64,000 nucleotides of DNA. Source: an uncultured Desulfosarcina sp. Lineage in GTDB: Bacteria > Desulfobacterota > Desulfobacteria > Desulfobacterales > Desulfosarcinaceae. The notes under the pieces were generated by a model. That model was given only the letters and a program-made list of their open reading frames with translations, made no database searches and was not told the origin of the DNA. A program made the translations under genes and the position numbers. Each line of letters starts with the position of its first letter. Position 1 is the stretch's first letter. Below, in pieces: positions 60,275 through 64,000 of the stretch. The stretch covers positions 1,088,001 to 1,152,000 of the forward strand of contig CAXXWQ010000003.1 of NCBI GenBank assembly GCA_963674945.2. Reading direction: 5' to 3'.

Positions 60275-60862
60275 ATGGATATGAAAGATATACATATCTC
60301 ACTCATGGAAATCAACGACATCCAGGAGTCAGCAAGGGTTCTCAGTGTTGCCATGGTCGACAACCCTCTTCACGAGGCAATTTTTCGGGGTAAAGGTGAA
60401 AAAGAACGATTAGAAATTGAAAAGATGTTTAACAATCTCTTCATTCAATTGCCGGGCGTCGTGTTTCTTGCAAGAGAAAAAAATAATATCATCGGAGTGA
60501 TGAGGATGAAGTCTTGCCGTGGGAGTAAGGCTAAAGATGCTCCTAAAAATTCAGAAGACAAAAATAGTGTAGACTGGCGCAAGTCTGTATGGCAGGCAGA
60601 GTGGGCGCGTCGTGATCCAACGGAGCAACACTGGCATTTGGGTCCGATCGGTGTGCTCCCTATTCATCAGGGATCAGGCATTGGTTCCTTGCTGATGGAA
60701 CGATTTTGTATGGAAGTAGATGCTTGTTCGGCAAAAGCCTACCTGGAAACTGAAGGTGAAAAGAACAAACGCTTTTATAAGAAATTTGGATTCGATGTTA
60801 TTTTTACATCAACAGTATTGAATATTGAAAATCTTTATATGGAACGAGTCTGCCAAACATGA
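60275..60862 (+). CDS. GNAT family acetyltransferase
   Basis: HWHLGPIGV.P.HQG.GIG, AYLET, FYKKFGF. Confidence 0.9.
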   Translation: MDMKDIHISLMEINDIQESARVLSVAMVDNPLHEAIFRGKGEKERLEIEKMFNNLFIQLPGVVFLAREKNNIIGVMRMKSCRGSKAKDAPKNSEDKNSVDWRKSVWQAEWARRDPTEQHWHLGPIGVLPIHQGSGIGSLLMERFCMEVDACSAKAYLETEGEKNKRFYKKFGFDVIFTSTVLNIENLYMERVCQT

Positions 60863-60873
60863 CTGGGTAGAAT

Positions 60874-60933
60874 GCATAACAAAGCGAATGGTGCCGAAGC
60901 AAAAAAACGCGCAGCTGATAAGCAGCGATGGCG
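60874..60933 (+). repeat. Degenerate integron attC site
   Basis: GCATAAC...GCAAAAAAACGCGC.GCTGA...GAT (R' GTT mutated); homologous to 61400-61460. Confidence 0.55.
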
Positions 60934-61025
60934 CCTTGCTGCACGCGGGGCCACCGGCCCGAAGTTGAGCGGCACGCCGCTCCACCGATACAGATACTTT
61001 ATCACTGGATAAGGAGATAAGAAAA

Positions 61026-61292
61026 ATGCATATAAACGAAACAGGAATACTGTTCACCATTGTGCTGATTATCTTTTTAGGCCTCATGCCGGCAAACAGC
61101 GGGTACGCAGATGAAAAAATGCAGAACAGGACGCCGGATGGGTACTGGAAAACTGTTCCGGATGATGACGAGTCGCCTTCGGTAATTCATATCTGGATCG
61201 AAAATGGTGAAAAATTGAAAGTGCGTGGTTTTATCGGTCTATCCCTTTTAGGGCGGACACAGTGCTGGAACAAAGTGCCGAAACCCGAATAA
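61026..61292 (+). pseudogene. DUF2147-like protein with internal deletion
   Basis: G.WKT.DD N-terminal motif joined directly to KLKVRGFIG.SLLGRTQ.W C-terminal motif; 88 aa. Confidence 0.65.
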
Positions 61293-61309
61293 CCGATAGG
61301 AAAGAAAAG

Positions 61310-61378
61310 ATTCGATGGTTCACTGGTAGCGTTCTTATTTCTTTGGGACTTCGTTTGGCGTTCATGGAGTGTAGATAG
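61310..61378 (+). pseudogene. C-terminal fragment resembling a LysE-family translocator
   Basis: IRWFTGSVLISLGLRLAFMECR* just before attC. Confidence 0.5.
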
Positions 61379-61399
61379 GCAAAAATTGATCTACGATTT

Positions 61400-61460
61400 G
61401 CACAACCACCTGCCGGTGCGGACGCAAAAAAGCCGCGCCCGCTGAAAAGCAACGTTATGC
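61400..61460 (+). repeat. Integron attC site
   Basis: R'' GCACAAC ... R' GTTATGC, 61 bp, imperfect palindrome. Confidence 0.7.
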
Positions 61461-61601
61461 CGCAAGCATTTGCGGCAGAAACGTGCACAATCAGGAAACG
61501 GGAATCGGGTCGCCGTAGTTTGGTCCGACCCGGGCCGGGGAAAACTCGCATGCACGGTTCATAGGGGATTTGGGGCCGGTAACAGCCCCCGGTTACCCGG
61601 C
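61455..61601 (+). mobile_element. Internally deleted group II intron remnant
   Basis: Partial domain V (gaaaactcgcatgcacggttc) and domain VI (ggggccggtaacagccccc ggttacccggc). Confidence 0.6.
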
Positions 61602-61628
61602 GTGCTAAAATGACTCGATCATGGTGTT

Positions 61629-62099
61629 ATGGATTCGCAGATTAAATACCACAGAATGGTTCAAGGAGATGAAACCAAGGTTTCTGCATTTATCTCGGCT
61701 GTATTCAATGAATACGTGGCTCCAGCGTTTTCGCAAGATGGCATCGATGAGTTCATGAAATATATCAAACCCGATGCAATAAAAAGTCAGTTAAAGGAAA
61801 ATCATTTTGGGTTCATTGCAGAATTCGGGTCAAAAATTGTTGGCATTATAGAAGTACGTAATAACAATCATGTTGCTCTGTTTTTTGTGGACGGTCGCTT
61901 TCAGCGAAAGGGAATAGGTAAAACTCTTATGCAAAGCGCCATAGAATTGTGCTGTAGCAAGAATTCGGAATTTTCAAAAATGACAGTCAATGCATCCCCA
62001 AATTCAACAACGGCATATGAAGCAATGGGCTTTAAACCAACTGACGCTGAACAATGTAGTAATGGCATCCGCTTTGTTCCTATGGCTATGCACCTATAA
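61629..62099 (+). CDS. GNAT family acetyltransferase (cassette-like)
   Basis: FFVD..FQRKGIG, TVNASP, YEAMGF; stop codon lies within a TAAC attC R'' box. Confidence 0.9.
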   Translation: MDSQIKYHRMVQGDETKVSAFISAVFNEYVAPAFSQDGIDEFMKYIKPDAIKSQLKENHFGFIAEFGSKIVGIIEVRNNNHVALFFVDGRFQRKGIGKTLMQSAIELCCSKNSEFSKMTVNASPNSTTAYEAMGFKPTDAEQCSNGIRFVPMAMHL

Positions 62100-62114
62100 C
62101 AAATCGGGACGGAT

Positions 62115-62201
62115 ATCGAGATAGGGAGTAGCATCACGGCGCCCCCTCCCACACCCACACCACCCCGGCATACGGATCACGTACCAAGGCGATTCGGCTG
62201 A
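62115..62201 (-). mobile_element. Group IIC intron 3' end remnant (domains V-VI)
   Basis: Minus strand gaatcgccttggtacgtgatccgtatgccggggtggtgt...gggagggggcgccgtgatgctactccctatctcgat. Confidence 0.75.
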
Positions 62202-63101
62202 TCAGGAGGGACATGTCAGGACTTCGTCTGTGTGATTCCTCCGTGTATACATCTCCCTGTTTCGGGAGTCCCGGCTCGTTTCCACCAAAACCACCTCGAC
62301 TCGATTTTCGACATAAGAGATTGTATTGGAAAGTGACGCATCAATGTCTCTTACGTATATAGTCTTGCTGCCGGATGGAGAAAATGGGCTTTCTGAGAGC
62401 AATGGATTATATCGACATGTCACGTGTGGTTTGGGTAACTACATGATACTATCTTCCTATGAGAGAGAAATAACTGCTCATTTCGAAAAGTGTGCAACTG
62501 AAAAATTGAATCGCCGAACAACGTCTTTCTGATTGTAAATGGACAAGAAAAAAGCACCTATGGTCGGTGCGGTAGCTATTTTGGCAGCAAAATCCGGGGG
62601 GGGGAAGAAGTATAGTGTGCTATTGCAGCAGATCTCACTATCGCTGCTCAGGTGATTGTCTCATTATCAAAAAAGCTACTGGACGCAGAAGATGCCAATC
62701 GTAATGCGTATGCAAGGACAGACTTGACCCGGAGTGCGGTCCTTTTTTTTATTATTGACACGCTTCAACTGCTTCTAATATATGTTTTCGGCACTATTGG
62801 CAGGGCGTGGCAAATAGAAACCGAATTTGGTTTGTGCCAGGTCTTACCGTGAAGTAACGAGCGAAAAAAAACATATGTTAGGTGAACAAAATTCGATCCA
62901 TGCCCCTTCCTGGAAAACCACACAAGGAAATTCCGCCTCACCGTTCATCAGGGAAAAAAGTGTAGTACCTGAAAAACTGTCGAACAAGGCTGGAATAATC
63001 GCGAAAACTGATCCGGTATCAATCTGCAGCTCACACAGGGTATTGAAACCAGTCAGGGCGGATCGTGATGTATCGATCTATTTTTATGGGAAATATGCCA
63101 T

Positions 63102-64000
63102 ATGAAAGAAGTCATGAACACATGTGTCAAAAAACTGCTGACGGCAATAACAATCGCAGGCGTCCTTTTCTGCAGCGCATTTCAGGCAACCGCTTCTACT
63201 GCAGAAATTACACTCAGTTTCGCTGAAGCATGGCGGCAGGTTGCCGCTCAAAACGATACCCTTGCTGCGGCAAGAGCCAACCTCGAACGGGCCAAACACA
63301 AGCAGGATGCGGCCAAAAATTTGTACCTCCCTGAAATCGGGGTATCCGGCAGGTATATGTACCTCGATGACGATATTACGCTTTCCCCGGCGGATCTTTT
63401 TGAAAGTATGCCCGCCGGTGACCAGTTGGCATCCATTGTTGCCGTCCTGGCACAGGATCTTGGCATGACCGCGGGTGAAGTAAACAATGCCCTCACCGCA
63501 ACGATCGTCGAGCGCGACCATCTGACCAGCGCGATCAGTGCGCAATGGCCCATTTATGCCGGGGGAAGAATTGATGCCGCCCAGGACATTGCCAGGGGCC
63601 AGATGGAAGAGGCAAGCAACCACATGAAAATGAAGGTTGAGGAGCAGTTTAAAAACCTCGCACGATACTATTTCGGGGTTGTCTTAACGAAAAGAGTGCT
63701 CGCCACCAGGATCGATGTCGAATCCGGACTGAAAAAACATTTTGATCATGCGGTTCTCCTTGAGGAAGAGGGACAAATTGCCAAGGTCGAAAGAATGCAG
63801 TCGGAGGTTTCCTATGACAAGGCAATCGTTGAGCGCCGAAAGGCGGGTCGCGACTTGGAAATTGCCAGGTTGGCGCTGACAAAATTGTTGAAAAGCCCGC
63901 AAACGGTGAACCCATCGGATTCACTTTTTATCAATAATACCATCCCTCCCTTGACCGTCTTTATGGATAAGACGCTTGGAAACTATCCCGGCCTCGGCGT
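63102..64000 (+). CDS. TolC family outer-membrane efflux protein (partial, runs off window)
   Basis: Manual translation: signal peptide, LSFAEAW, LYLPEI, WPIYAGGRI, YFGVVL; no stop seen. Confidence 0.85.
   Translation, partial: MKEVMNTCVKKLLTAITIAGVLFCSAFQATASTAEITLSFAEAWRQVAAQNDTLAAARANLERAKHKQDAAKNLYLPEIGVSGRYMYLDDDITLSPADLFESMPAGDQLASIVAVLAQDLGMTAGEVNNALTATIVERDHLTSAISAQWPIYAGGRIDAAQDIARGQMEEASNHMKMKVEEQFKNLARYYFGVVLTKRVLATRIDVESGLKKHFDHAVLLEEEGQIAKVERMQSEVSYDKAIVERRKAGRDLEIARLALTKLLKSPQTVNPSDSLFINNTIPPLTVFMDKTLGNYPGLG

Noticed and set aside
62202..63100. Short ORFs and a possible riboswitch upstream of tolC
   Set aside because: No recognisable protein or RNA motifs; only a weak hairpin plus T-run near 62720-62750
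51056..64000. Single tRNA-Leu-integrated island with integrase
   Set aside because: No integrase gene and no duplicate of the tRNA 3' end seen within the window

Overview
Bacterial chromosomal window. Gene content and repeat families suggest a Desulfobacterales-type sulfate reducer (inference only). 1-19 kb: mltG followed by an anaerobic cobamide cluster (cbiD, cbiET, an internally deleted cbiF remnant, cbiG, cbiH, cobA/cobO, cbiP/cobQ, cobU, cobS, cobD, cbiB). A secreted gingipain-type C25 peptidase sits inside it, and it is followed by a CbiR-like remodelling enzyme, a U32 protein and an AcsE-like methyltransferase. 19-34 kb: signalling and housekeeping genes (MCP, GalT-like, Hcy methyltransferase, two orphan kinases, yvcK, SprT-like, aroQ, rpe, PASTA, TPR, yidD). 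34-47 kb: a complete type II secretion operon whose secretin carries a C-terminal SPOR domain. 47-51 kb: rsmB-fmt-def, ribF and tRNA-Leu(CAG). Beyond the tRNA lies a lower-GC accessory region: two toxin-antitoxin modules each bracketed by direct repeats, a frameshifted ISAzo13-family IS, an outer-membrane beta-barrel gene enclosed in 19-bp inverted repeats (related to an empty 119-bp element at 26.2 kb), and a decayed attC cassette array with two group II intron remnants and several gene fragments. A TolC-family gene runs off the end of the window. All calls are from motif recognition by eye; no database searches were run.
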